The notes under the pieces were generated by a model. The model made no database searches and was not told the origin of the DNA. It saw only the letters and a program-made list of their open reading frames with translations. Source: Lytechinus pictus (lineage: Eukaryota). Taken from it: DNA of 64,000 nucleotides. The DNA is taken from contig NC_087245.1 in NCBI RefSeq assembly GCF_037042905.1, forward strand, positions 37,636,001 through 37,700,000. Reading direction: 5' to 3'. This document shows, piece by piece, positions 40,797 through 53,350 of the stretch (the stretch's first letter is position 1; each line of letters opens with the position of its first letter). The translations under genes were made by a program, and so were the position numbers.

Positions 40797-41632
40797 CGAT
40801 AGGGCAATATCAAGCTTCATCCCGTTCTCAGCATGACGTCTGTCCGTCGCTGTTAATGTCTGTAAGCATGCGTGAGTAAGTGTGCAGGAGCAGGCAGGGT
40901 ATTCAGCGATGCTGGTGCTGCCGCTGCTCCTGCATATACAAAGCATCTCCATTCTGTCGGCATGTGGGGAAACTGTCCAGGGTAGCAGCCACCGGCCAAG
41001 CAATGACATGCAATTACAGATCGTTATTGCCAGTTCACTCTAATACCAGAGAATCTCAACGGAGCACCTGAGCAATTACCAGGTATACACAAGCGAATTT
41101 GATCATCAATCCGAATAAACATTTCCAATGACAATCAAATGCATTTTTATGACAGAACCACCCCTGGGAAGTTTCAGGGGAAAGAGCCTTGTACCTTATC
41201 ATCGCATCCTGTTTTGCAAGTTGTACATAACAGAAGTAAAATACCAATAACAATTAGGGCAGACAAGGCATGCTTACCTTATTATACTTTGATTTGACTG
41301 GTTGAATAATTATTTGTTACGGACCTAATATAATGGAATTCTCCTTATAATCCTAAGAATAAGCAGGCAACATCCATGAACGATAACTCAAACATAATTC
41401 CATAAATTTCTTGGATTTAGGATTCAATGAATACATTCAATCTCTTTGCATGAACTGAAATTCTTTGAATCAAATTGATTGGAGTTACATGTATATGCAG
41501 GAACTAATTATGAAGAAAATTTCATTGCAAATCTCCGTAAATTAATCTAGATCTGATTTCCAATAAATCAACTTCAATCCATTGGACTGATAATCAGACT
41601 GTATATTTTCCCGTCTTTATCTTATATCAGAA

Positions 41633-42030
41633 GGCAGTGCTGCACCAGCCTGAGTCTGCTCAATCTCGAGATTTTAGCCCGATCTGCCCTCTTCGCGATT
41701 AATCTCGAGATTCAAGAAACCCCATCTCCACCAGCGCATGAAGAGCAATTCGTGCTCGAGCTAGGCATGGATGCAGTATGGTCTGATGCCGTGAATAAAT
41801 AATCCTGAGTGCGTCTGCACCTGTGAATTAGCGGGATAATTCATAAATAGCGCGCTATTTTGCAAATAATCCTAAGCTGACTTAGGATTGCAATCTCAAG
41901 ATTAATCCAGCGAACTATCGCCATGATTGCGTCTCCATTACAAATAATCTCGAGATTGTTCGGATCAGGATAATTTGCCGGATCAGAAATAGCGTGATTA
42001 CTTGAAAACTCGGGCTGGTGCAGAATGACC
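41633..42030. mobile_element. Copy of the 13674-14068 MITE family
   Basis: Same-orientation high similarity. Confidence 0.85.
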
Positions 42031-42422
42031 TAATTTGCCCGGTTCACCCATGTTCTTGAGCATGAAAAGCCTGGAGTAATATAATGGCTACCTCTGGGGG
42101 AAGATGGGGAGACATCGGAGGATCAACTTGATATAAACTCTCACATATGACCTCAATCTTTAGGCCTCTGTCATAACACAGACACTGTAATCTAAACATG
42201 AAGGGCCACAAAAAAAAATGATATGAGCTCAAGAATACCCCCAGGGAGTTGGTACCTATATAAAGTTGAGCATCCTTCATAACCTTGTCTATTGTATCAG
42301 CCATTGGACCATCAAAGATGTACATACATTTTTTTCATACCTTGGAATAATACAATATGATAAACATGCAAACTATATTTGTCCTTGTGGAGATTTATCA
42401 AATCTTTAGAGATGATTATTAA

Positions 42423-42926
42423 AGGGGGAGTTTGGGTGACGAAAACTTTGATGCAAAAATACCTGAAGAAAGAATGAAAATATTGAAGGTTTGAGGAAAA
42501 TTAAGATTAAGATCAAGCAAGTTCTTAGAATTTCAAGTTTATGATTTGTGATGTCATAAATCTATAAACAAGCAGCTGGCCCATACATGTACGTTACGTA
42601 ATATAAAATGCATTGATTTCATTTTTTGAATGGTTCATGACGACCTATTTATCATTTTATTTTTTTGGGGGAGCGGGTGTGAAATCATTTGTGTATTGAT
42701 ATACTGAAGGTACAATCAAAACCATTTTCCATTTTCTGAGAAAATGACATTTCATTTATTTTTTACCATACGATATGTAAGAAAGCTGCGCGCATATGAC
42801 ATCACAAATAAAATAATTGAAATTCTAATTTGTTATTCTTTGATGAATTTTCCTCAAATATTCGTTGATAGTTTTTTTTCTGCTATTTTTACTATAAACT
42901 TTCTGTCAGGGTGTAATTATTCCCCT
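42423..42926. mobile_element. Kolobok-like MITE family B, diverged inverted copy
   Basis: TTAA at both ends; similar to 33306-33791. Confidence 0.8.
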
Positions 42927-43489
42927 TTAAGGGGGAATGGAGGTAAGGCCACATCCCTCACATATCATGAGTATAATAAAAAAATTTATGACAAAGGATC
43001 ACTGACCCTACCCCCCTTTCTAAAATCTCAAAAGTGGCTCTTATAATATGGTCTCACAAAAGATAACTTAGCAACAATTTAAAATATATTTCTGAAATCA
43101 CAAAACAAGTTCTTAGTTTTCTTAAATGAGTGTATAACACCATGAAGGTCTCCTTCAACCGTTTTTCACCACTGTCTTAGAAGAAATATCGCTGGCGCTT
43201 TACTCCCGCCAAGTTTAAATCTAATATCAAAAAGTATTTGTGATAAAACGTGACTACAGCTGTGAAATAAGCTGTGACGGGTTGGATGCCATTATGCAAC
43301 CAGTGGGATATCATAACACACACATCTACAGCATGAAATAGAGAGTAATGTAAGCAACTACTAGTTGCTACTTGTATACGAAACAACCATTGTATGTTGG
43401 TTTAGACAAGTGACTATTGCGGGGGTACTTTGGGGGACCATAAGTGCATTTTTGACGTTTTCGAGGCACACGATTTACAAAAAATAATT

Positions 43490-43765
43490 ACCATTAGCTT
43501 ACATAGCGCTTTAAAACACTTATTTTATCAGAAGTCTTTAAGCGCTCTACATACAGTAATGCAGCCTACCCAGACTCTAGCAGAGCAGCTGTTACGAGAG
43601 CTGCATTTCAAAGAATAAATTCCTGCCAGGTTCCCATTCACCTCACCTGGGTTGAGTGCAGCACAAAGTGGGTAAATTTCTTGCTGAAGGAAAACATGCC
43701 ATGGCTGGGAATCGAACCCATGTCCCTCAGATTGAAAGACCAGAGTCCTAACCACTAGACCACAG
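43490..43765 (-). mobile_element. CORE-like tRNA-SINE copy
   Basis: Same head, core and tail as 16175-16468. Confidence 0.85.
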
Positions 43766-43789
43766 CAATAAGATGTGTGATAGCACAAT

Positions 43790-43975
43790 TGGTGAGGCAG
43801 TGATTTTCCATCAGCTGATCTGGGTTCAATACCCACCCAGCATACTAGTGCCGTTTGGTATAAGGCATTTACAATGTATCCACTGAACCAGGTCCCTTGG
43901 AAGGGACCTTTAAGCCATTGGTTCTCTGGTTGCTTTTAGACAAATTTTCAATAAAATAACCAATCACTACCACCA
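43790..43975 (+). mobile_element. Degenerate copy of the second tRNA-SINE family (see 62372-62587)
   Basis: gggttcaatacccac...ctagtgccgtttggtataaggcattt...ccaggtcccttgg..ggacctttaagcc...caccac tail. Confidence 0.7.
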
Positions 43976-45289
43976 AAAATCTTCCCTTGCCCCCAAATAG
44001 CACTTACAATACCTACAGTTTATTCCTGCCTCAAACATATCAGGTGGGAACCATTAATATGAATGTGCATTAGAGTATGCCCTAAAAGTGTCAACCACCA
44101 ATCATAAATCAAATTACAACAAAATGGACAAACAATTCTCATGTCCTAATAAGATTTTACAAACAGGGTTTGTACTCAAAACACACTCTTAATATTCCCA
44201 ATAATCTTCAGAATGCATCTCATAAATGTATGAAACTGATACGCAACAATTTCCCCCTTTTTTGTTCTTAGACTGCATTGCAGTATTTGAGCAATTATCA
44301 TCAATTAACAGCTTTGGACAAATATATCAGAAGTTTCCAAGTGGATAATTAATAGCATACAAAGTGCCCATTTATCAAGATTAACCTTAAAAGTGGGATA
44401 AAATTACAGGTCAAATATTCAGAGTTAAATATCAAGTCCTTTACATGATTTATGGTTCATTCACTCTCTTTCTACTGGAAGAGGTAGAATTGGTGGAAAT
44501 AGAGAGCCGGTGGGGTTTCAAATACCACATCCTTTAGAATAAAAGCCATAGCAAAGCAAAGAACTTTCTTAATTTCTTATCTTTGTCATTATCAGGAAAA
44601 AAAACCCAAGATCTAGTTTGCTATCCAGGCTTATGGTGTATTCAATATCGATTTTCAAGTTTAATCAGCAACATGAATCATGATTGAAAACGTTGATAAA
44701 ACATAGTACACATACATGATCAGGGGTGTACCGTTCAGCATAAAAAATTATAAGGCCGATTATATGTTGATCATCTTTAGATTTCCTGCTCTCCTTTGCG
44801 CAGCTTACTGCACAGTTTATTGACCCATGCACAAGAAAAGTCAATTCTGGCATGTGCTTGTACAGGCTTCCATTGTGAAAGCAAATCAAAAAAAGTTTCA
44901 AAACTCGACCATGTTCAGTGTTGCATTCGCGATGCTGTAAGTCATTAAATCTGAGCTGATTGCATTTCCAAACATATCTTCTTCGGCGTTTAAATATTAA
45001 AAGATGTTTACTTTTATGACCGAGAATATAAGACATTGAATGCACCTTTCGTTTTTCATTTTATCTGTGTTTTGTAATTTATTTTTTTTCAATCAAGATT
45101 CATATTGCCAGTAATTTGCTTTCATTCACACTGGCAAAAACACCTGATAATTCCTGTCTAGAGAATGCCTGGTATTCTTGATTTTTTAGTCGATCTGAAA
45201 GAACCTCTTGTCTAGTAAAGAGAAATCAAATTGTAGTTTTTCTTCAGCCCTATAAAGTCTTGATGTGATGCTCATAGAAAATCAATTAA

Positions 45290-45774
45290 AGACGATGTTC
45301 ACCCTGATAAAAAGCTCATTGGAAAAATAGTGGGGAAAAATATTGATGAAAGTTTGAGGGAAATCCATCAAAGATTAAAAAGATATCAGGATTTTGAATT
45401 TTTATTTGTGAGGTCATCTACGAGCAGCTTCCACATATATCGTGAAGTAAAAAAAATTCATGAAGTATCATTTTCTTAAAATTAATTGAAAATGATTTTG
45501 TTGTACCTTCAGTATATCAACAAACAAATCATATCACAACCGCACCTGAAAGAACAAAAAATGTAGTCATCATGAATTATTACAAAATTGACATTCATGC
45601 ATTTTATTTTATATTACACAACAAATGGGGCAGCTGCTCATAAATGATGTCATAAATCGAAGACCTAAAATTCTAATAACTTTCTTAATCTTTTGATGGA
45701 TTTTCCTTAAAACTTCACCAATATTTTTTCATGGTATTTTAACAACAAACTTTTCGTCAGGGTGATCTCCACCT
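45290..45774. mobile_element. Kolobok-like MITE family B, diverged copy
   Basis: TTAA at both ends; collinear with 33306-33791. Confidence 0.8.
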
Positions 45775-45965
45775 TTAAATGCAAAATGTGAAGTAGAGAT
45801 TGGAAATTTGAAGTAAAGTGGAACAATCTATAAGTACTATACAGGAACAAATTATCCCCAGGGTGATCAGTTTTAGTGGTTAGTTTATGAGAATTTCATT
45901 ATCATATTACAAGCATGCAGTACTAGAACTCATAATGATCATATTACACTGGAATAAATGTGCAT

Positions 45966-46370
45966 ATATGGGCTATTCCATATGTGTCGTACGGGAAATT
46001 TTGACAACAATTTCTAGTCTCTTAGCTGATTGCTTGAGCAAAAGAAAATTATTTACTGTCAATAATGAAGTTATAGTAGGTAGTCATCTGAAAAACTGAT
46101 TACCAACAACAAATTTTGGATTATGGGTGAATTAAAGGTGAAAATGTCGAGTGTCGTACGGGACTCAGAAATGTCCCGTACAACACGCAACATTTTCACC
46201 TCTAATTCATCCATGGACAACATATTTTTGTCGGTTGTCATTTTTTCATGACTTTCCAGTAGTGCTTTATTATTACCACAAAACAAACTGAAGTTCTTCG
46301 TCTGTTTGGACAGTAGGGTTAAAAATGTTACGAAAATTGCTGATTTTTCTAGCATGGAATCGCCCATATG
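45966..46370. mobile_element. MITE with TATGGGCTATTCCAT termini and a central ~70-bp hairpin (46133-46203)
   Basis: atatgggctattccat ... atggaatcgcccatat; internal aggtgaaaatgt..gtgtcgtacgggac / gtcccgtacaacac..acattttcacct. Confidence 0.65.
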
Positions 46371-46675
46371 GAGTTTCTATAGGAGCATTGACCTACATGT
46401 AGCAGCAGGGATGTGTCGATCTTCATGAATTGTAATTCATCAATATTCATGATGATCAAATGTTGTAAAGCCATACTTACATGTACTCCAGCATGCATAT
46501 TCATGAAGATCAATGTTGAATGTGCAAAACTTGTTTTTCCCCAATGGTTTTTAACTGGCTGATACACTACTGATGGTCAGTACATCAAGGAAGTTACCAT
46601 GCTTATTTTACATAAAATTAACAATAATTCTATAATTCACAACAACTGCCAAGACGACTTTCTTTGGTTCCTTAC

Positions 46676-46746
46676 CCGCGTTTGTGTTTTCCTCTGATCT
46701 AAAAACAGACGATTACTGGTGCGATGTTAACAGCATCATATGGTAT
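46676..46746 (-). other. Candidate 71-bp non-coding 5'UTR exon of the MAP3K2/3 gene
   Basis: Strong acceptor attttgtcatttgtttctctacag and donor cgg|gtaagg. Stops in all three frames. Confidence 0.5.
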
Positions 46747-47373
46747 CTGTAGAGAAACAAATGACAAAATGAAAATATAATAATTTCAGATGACACATAC
46801 ATGTAGACTTCCCATCATAAAATCAGAATCTTTAAAAAATGTATAGTATGTCATGAAAAAATTATATTTCTCTTCTGCTCTTTCTTGGGCTGATCATGGA
46901 AGCACCCATGGTCAAGTGGTTCCACCACCTTTCGAACAGAGAGTCAAGAGTTCAAAACCCATAATTTGTTTTTACACTGCCGCAATACCAGTTTTTTGTG
47001 ACTGGGGTAGATAAGAGAGTACCTGGTAACCAATGATTTCAAGTCGGCCTAAAAAAGGAACCTATTGTGTGCATCCGGATATATTTCTAGATAAAAGCCT
47101 TTTACGCCTATTGGTTACATTTTTATTATAATATTGTACCAGTTTCCAGATAAAAATGTAAATTTCAGCTTTACATGTATGTCTTGCTATTTGTGACACC
47201 AAGGAAGTCTCTTACAAAACCCTGGGGATGAAAAGAAATATTAGGAAATACAATACATACCTCTAAAAGGTTTAGATATTTATCATTTACAACCACAAAA
47301 CCACAAACTTGGCTATGTCTTTATACAGAAAGGAATCAGAAGGAAGTGCCTTGCTGCTAACATTGTCCCATTA

Positions 47374-47995
47374 AGGCTGCGTTTATGCGACCTCAAGCCA
47401 GAATCATGATTCAAAACACAAACATGAATCACAATATCACAGAATCAGCGTTTAGACGGCCTTCATTCCAATGCTGTTTCTCCTCGGAATCAGGCCAATC
47501 CAGTGCGCATCACTAGTGCGCAGTTTGACAGAGGAAGTAGAGGTCAACTTTTTTGCACATGTTTCGGCTCGCGAAAAATGAATCTTTTGCCTTCAGAATT
47601 CAGTCTCTTATACCTCATTTTGTTTACTTCTATTCATCTAGTCGGTTTATCGCAATGGTTTTCGGAAGTGAATTTCAGCGTAGATAGCATGCATAGTACA
47701 TACATACAATATAGCGCGTGCCTTGAATTGGCAAGAGTCAAACCGAAAGTAGCCCGACACAGTGACGTCATAGAATCATGATTCAAATCACGATTGCGTT
47801 TATACGACCTTTTTGGTTCGTGATTCTACAGAAACGTCTTTCCAAACGCCCCTTTTTCCATGTTTCATGTTTTGTGACTTGAAAGACGTTTATTTTCACT
47901 TTTGACTAAACGCAATCGTGATTCTACAGAATCTTTATTTGAATCATGATTCTAATCATGATTCTAGTGTAAAAAAGTGGCGCATAAACGCACCC
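47374..47995. mobile_element. PIF/Harbinger-like MITE, inverted copy of 31049-31815
   Basis: TTA duplication at 47371-47373 and 47996-47998. Confidence 0.88.
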
Positions 47996-48023
47996 TTAGT
48001 CAAATCTGCTATGGAGATATCTA

Positions 48024-48470
48024 ACCGCCCTTTCACACGGTAAAAAAAAGTAATTTGAATGATGATTCCAGTGAAAAATAAGGCTAATGGTGAATATTTA
48101 GCATGTGTGAAACCAAACTAGAACATGATTAGAATCACGAATTCAAATTCTACTCCAGAGGTGAATTCCAATTAAGTTTCACTCAAATTACAGTACAAAT
48201 TTCGCGTGTGAAAGGCTTGACCTCCGAAACATCTTTTGGGGGCGGGAGCTTACGTGACCTTTCAAGCACTTCCATAAATAATACAATTGTCATGCACTCA
48301 TCGTATCAATGCAGTGCTTTGATTGACAAGTGACCAAGGACACATACCGCCTTCCTCGGGAATTCGAATTCAAATCAGTTTTCGAGCGAACTTGTGAAAG
48401 GTCTGATGATTCTAGAGACGAATTGCAATCATTATTACGATGATTCAAGATTCACGTGTGAAACGGCCCT
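48024..48470. mobile_element. MITE with (G/C)CG.TTTCACACG termini (partial inverted copy about 19815-19967)
   Basis: ccgccctttcacacg ... cgtgtgaaacggcc; the region 48025-48140 is the reverse complement of 19850-19967. Confidence 0.7.
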
Positions 48471-51400
48471 TAAAAACACCAAAGAAATATTCCCTGTACA
48501 TGTAAAGGTAATCAGTGAATCACTTGTTTACAAAAATTAGACGATTGAGAAGAAGTGGCTATCCTGTTATGAACCTGTTTGAAAACCGTTACAGATATTG
48601 TACAGGTTAGATAATCAAAGGTCAAGTACACCTAAGAAAAAATGTTGATTTGAATCAGTAAATAAAAATCAAACAAGCATAAAGCTGATTTTTAGATGCA
48701 TGACACTGGGTATATAAAACATATTTCATGAATAGCTGATGTCTAAATATATCCGATTACATAGCGTCCAATGATAAATCATAATTAATATAAATCAACT
48801 CCCACTCAACTCGTAACATTCTAAGAATATTCTAGAAAGGGCTATCATTGAAAGTCTACAGAAAATGAAAGACCAAGGGAAAGTGAATATAGTGTGAAGT
48901 ACCGGTATACAGGCATCAATTTATGCATAGTAATAGTATGCCTTGTATGTAAACAAGGAAATTCATATTTCAGTAGTACGATATCCATTTGTGTGTTGTC
49001 AAATATGATATACATGTATGAATACAGTGCATCTTATCGAGTATGGTAGGCCTACATAAAAGTACATAAGATGAGGTTACATTTACATATCCTGGTAAGA
49101 GAAATAAAAATATCTCATACATACTATTCATGCCTATATCACACTTGTGTAACGAACCATGCAATATCAAAGTACTATTTCAGGCCCTCACCCACCTGCA
49201 TTCACACACCTGCAGAGGTATCCATTGTATATCATTTGCTATTCACTGCAATGACGGCACGACTGACGTGAGCACTGCTACATGCAGCAGCAATGAACAG
49301 AAGCCACTAAAAAATCAAATTACCAGTATAAATAGACGTTTTGTACCATATTTCATGTACTTATGGAGCTGAAGAAATCATTAATTGATCCCAAAACACT
49401 CTCCCACACAGAGATGCTGTCTTGTAAATTGAACTCCTGGGGCTGAGCTAAATGGAGGATGGGAAACCGACTCCAGAGCATCAAGGGATAGATTCCATTT
49501 AAATGAGTCATCAACGGCCGGACGAATGGTAACCAACATCCTCAACATCATAATGCCAAAACCTATTAGCTACTGTGTGATTAATACCTATTCAACGATC
49601 GTGTTTCCGTTCCTTTATGTGAATGCATTGTCAAAATCATTGGCTTCCAACAGATGTATGACTCTCGGAAAAGGCCTTTTTTCTTCTAGTTTTTCTGCTG
49701 GTATCTGACTAAATAAATATGCAATTATTAAAATTGGTATTGAAAGAAATGTTAGGATATCAAATTTCATACACGCAGTTAAATAAAGAAAAGACTTCTT
49801 GATTGTAGATGTCACACTTTTAGGAATACGTTGACATAAGAATATGTAAACATGTACCTGTAAGAAGTAGTAAATTTTTCAATTATTTCTTGTACTCTAA
49901 ATGAACATTATATATACACCATCTTGAAAGTGGGAGTGTTATTTTAATATCCTTTATTATTCCATAGACCTAGTAGTAGGTCCATGATTATTTAGACCTT
50001 CATGAACATTGTACATTGTATATGCCTAATAAATATTTAAGTAGTGGCAGTGGTAGAGGTAGCAGCAGCAGTATTAGTGGTAGAAGTAGTAATAATGCAA
50101 AACATATTAGTGCATGTGGGGGGGGGGGGAAGGAGAATTAAAGATATTTGTGCTCAGCAAATATTGTGCCAAAATGAATTCCATCGTAAGTTGATATCAT
50201 TCAGTCAACTTTCTTTCCAAAGTGAATGATCTTCATTCAGCATTTCCAAACTGTTGATAATTGGTAATTTCTGTTCTTGCAAAAGAATGTCATGCACGAG
50301 TTAATTACTCTTAGTAATAGTATTATGATCTGCTATTACAAGGAGGAAATTAGACTTCACTATTCATTTTTATGTCCTCTTATTTTGGTATTATGTATGT
50401 GCTGCAAGTTCACATACCTGCACGTACACATGCATAATGTAGCATTTCATGAGAGCAAAGAGAGAGAGACAGACAGAGAGATACAAGAGTACATACTGAG
50501 AATATAATGTAGAATATTATTGTTACGCGTATGTAATCATGCACAGCGTGCACAACTTAGCATTGAAAAGAATCAATGTTATCCTTGGAGTGGAATACAT
50601 ATATCACATCCACAGTACCTGCAGTACATGTATTCCATTCAAACAGAGGGGGGGGGGGGGAGAGGGCAATAACGTGTGATAGAGCTCATGTTTGTATTCC
50701 CACAGCAATGAACATCACTGAAAAAATTAACAATTCTTTCCTACAGCATTTTAGGTTAAACTCCAATGAAAATAGTTGGCCTTAAAATGATACATCATTT
50801 CTTCTTGTTTTAAGCTACACTTGTACCTGAGGGGCGGTTTCATCAAGCTGCCTGTAATTTTACACATGATATCACAAACAACTGGTACTGTTTTTCTTCA
50901 TTATCTTGTGCAAAATGAGATTTCACTTTGTTTAACTTTCATGTATTGGGGGAGTACTTCAGCATCAGCATCATTAGTAAACAGAAGAGAAGGTAGTCCT
51001 GTACAGTATGTCTTCCGGTCGCTTTATCTTGGGAAATTATAGATGAGACAACTTTGACTAACCCTAGTCAAATTCTGTCATGTACATTCAGATTAACAAT
51101 GATTTGACCCTACTGAGCTCAGAATTAAACGCAGGAATGGAAATCAAGAAGATTGCAGATGTAAATGTGATTGGCTCAACAACACACAAGACACAACACA
51201 CACAGGCAAGAGAAAAAACTTTGAAACTTTGTGTATGCTTGACCAAGTTGTGCTTGACCTTTAGGAGTACTTTGCTGTGTTTCTGGTCATTCGAGCGTGT
51301 TTTTGCTCTCTCCAATTTTTTCTATTGATGGGTAGGATACACATTTTTTGCAGAGATGTGTCCAAAGTCATCCTAGTCGACAGTATCGGATCAATATTGT

Positions 51401-52549
51401 TTTTGTCATCAGACGTTTGATATGAGCTCAGAGCTCATGGCAGTAACGGTGACATTTTTTCCAGGAGGGGGCAGGGGGGGGCAAACACGTATAAATCTTT
51501 GTAAAACCAGTAGGCGAGGGATTGAAGGGACCGAGCTTGTTGGGGCTTTTGCATTTTCTGAAGAGAAAATGAAAGATTTCCTGAATTCCTGCGCACTTTG
51601 GTGAATTGTGTGAAAATTTCAGTAAAATATATATATATATTTTTTTTTTTTTGGGTGGGGGGGGGGGCAACTGCCCCCGACCCAGCTGCATAGGACCATG
51701 AGCTTTAAACAACTGTCAATGTATTGGCCCATTCAATCAATCAATAAACATTAAACAGTTCAAACGGGAAATGGCTAAATGGGAAAAAACCTTTAATATG
51801 TAATAGGGACTAATGGTGGAATCTATTTTATTCTTTCTCCTCATTTTGTACATATTTTATCTCTTTTCATGTGTATATAATGTTTTCGTTTAGTTTTAGG
51901 TAACATCTGTACAGTATCATATTTTATTTGTTCTGTTATTTTCCATAGTTAATTATGCTTATTTCATTTCATTTTTTTTTCAATATTAGTATTTATGCTC
52001 TATTCTTTGTTTATAATTGAATATGTTACCATGTTTTATATTTGTGTTTGTTCACGAAGGGCCTCAACGAAAACCAGCTTGTTGCTGATTGAGCTACCCT
52101 TCTTTTAAATATTTGAAATAAATAAATAAATAAATAAAAAACACATCATTACATGTACATATATGTAAAAGATAACCATTTAATTCAACAACCAAAGTAC
52201 ATTCCAATTGTTAATCATATGAGAGACTCGTAAGGTTTTTAACGAGTGACGCAAACACAAGTGAGACTATCTTTGATATATATATAATAGACTACTTCTC
52301 ATGGAGAAACTGACATTGATAGGTGATTATGAAACCATACCATTCAGCGTGACATTTTAAATCAGTCTCCGACTGCAATCTCTCATTCAACAACGACAAT
52401 GCACATGATGGCCGAGACATTAGTATCTCGCACCAGTGTCCACTAATATACAACATGTAGGGAGGCCTGCACTAGGACTCGATATTTGGGGGGAAAGACC
52501 CCTATGACGGATTACTGTACTTTACAATGTATGTAAGACCCTACTTCAT

Positions 52550-53350
52550 CTTATTATTATTATTATTTATTCGGCAAATAATATTCAAAAATAAATTTCA
52601 ATGTATACAATACAAAATAAGAAATATCAACCAGTGGAACGCCAGGGACAGAAAAAGTTAACTTAATTACTGTGGCATGAAGCCTCCTGTCCCAATTCCA
52701 ATGGTTGATTTACAATATATATTAATAACTAAACAATAATAAAATACTCATAATTATAAAGGGGTGTAGCATGCGATTAATAAAATTAAAAAAAAAAAAT
52801 TTAGTTACTTGTAACTGAAAATGAGTAGAAATGATGGGGAAAGAGAAGAAAGCTGAATGAAGGTGACAAAAAGAAAGGAAAGGAGAGAGTGGGAGAGAGA
52901 GAGGGGTGGGAAAGGAAAAGAAAAAGTGACACAGGCAAAGGAATTGTGGACGCACCCAAAATGGTACAATAATACTTAAAATAAGACTTAACTTCTAAGG
53001 AATTAAACACTAAACAATTTCTAAGGGAATAAACACTTAACAACTCGTTTAAATCGGGCGCTGGCGGAGGTAATGCCCAAGTGCTACAAGCCATCTCAAT
53101 AAGGAAGTCTCGACCACCCCCGTGCGTAAGGACTCGGGGAGCTCATCCCAATAACGGGGAAATGCATTGATTATTATTACTCATTATTTGTACTGCGCTT
53201 TTCCCATTAGGCCCAATGATCTGATTGTCAGATTGTCTAACACTTCATGGCTAAACCCACTTGATACTAGTAATCTACTATCAATTTTAATACCCTTCGA
53301 TCGATCGCAAATCACGATCGATCGATCGATCGATTCTGCAGAGGAGTATT
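52550..53350 (-). mobile_element. Degenerate 3' end of a CR1/L2-type LINE
   Basis: Minus-strand translation near 53170-53120 gives INAFPRYWDELPESLRT, like the P-x-x-W-N-x-L-P-x-x-L-R ORF2 C-terminal motif; (TAA)n tail at about 52550-52570. Confidence 0.45.
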
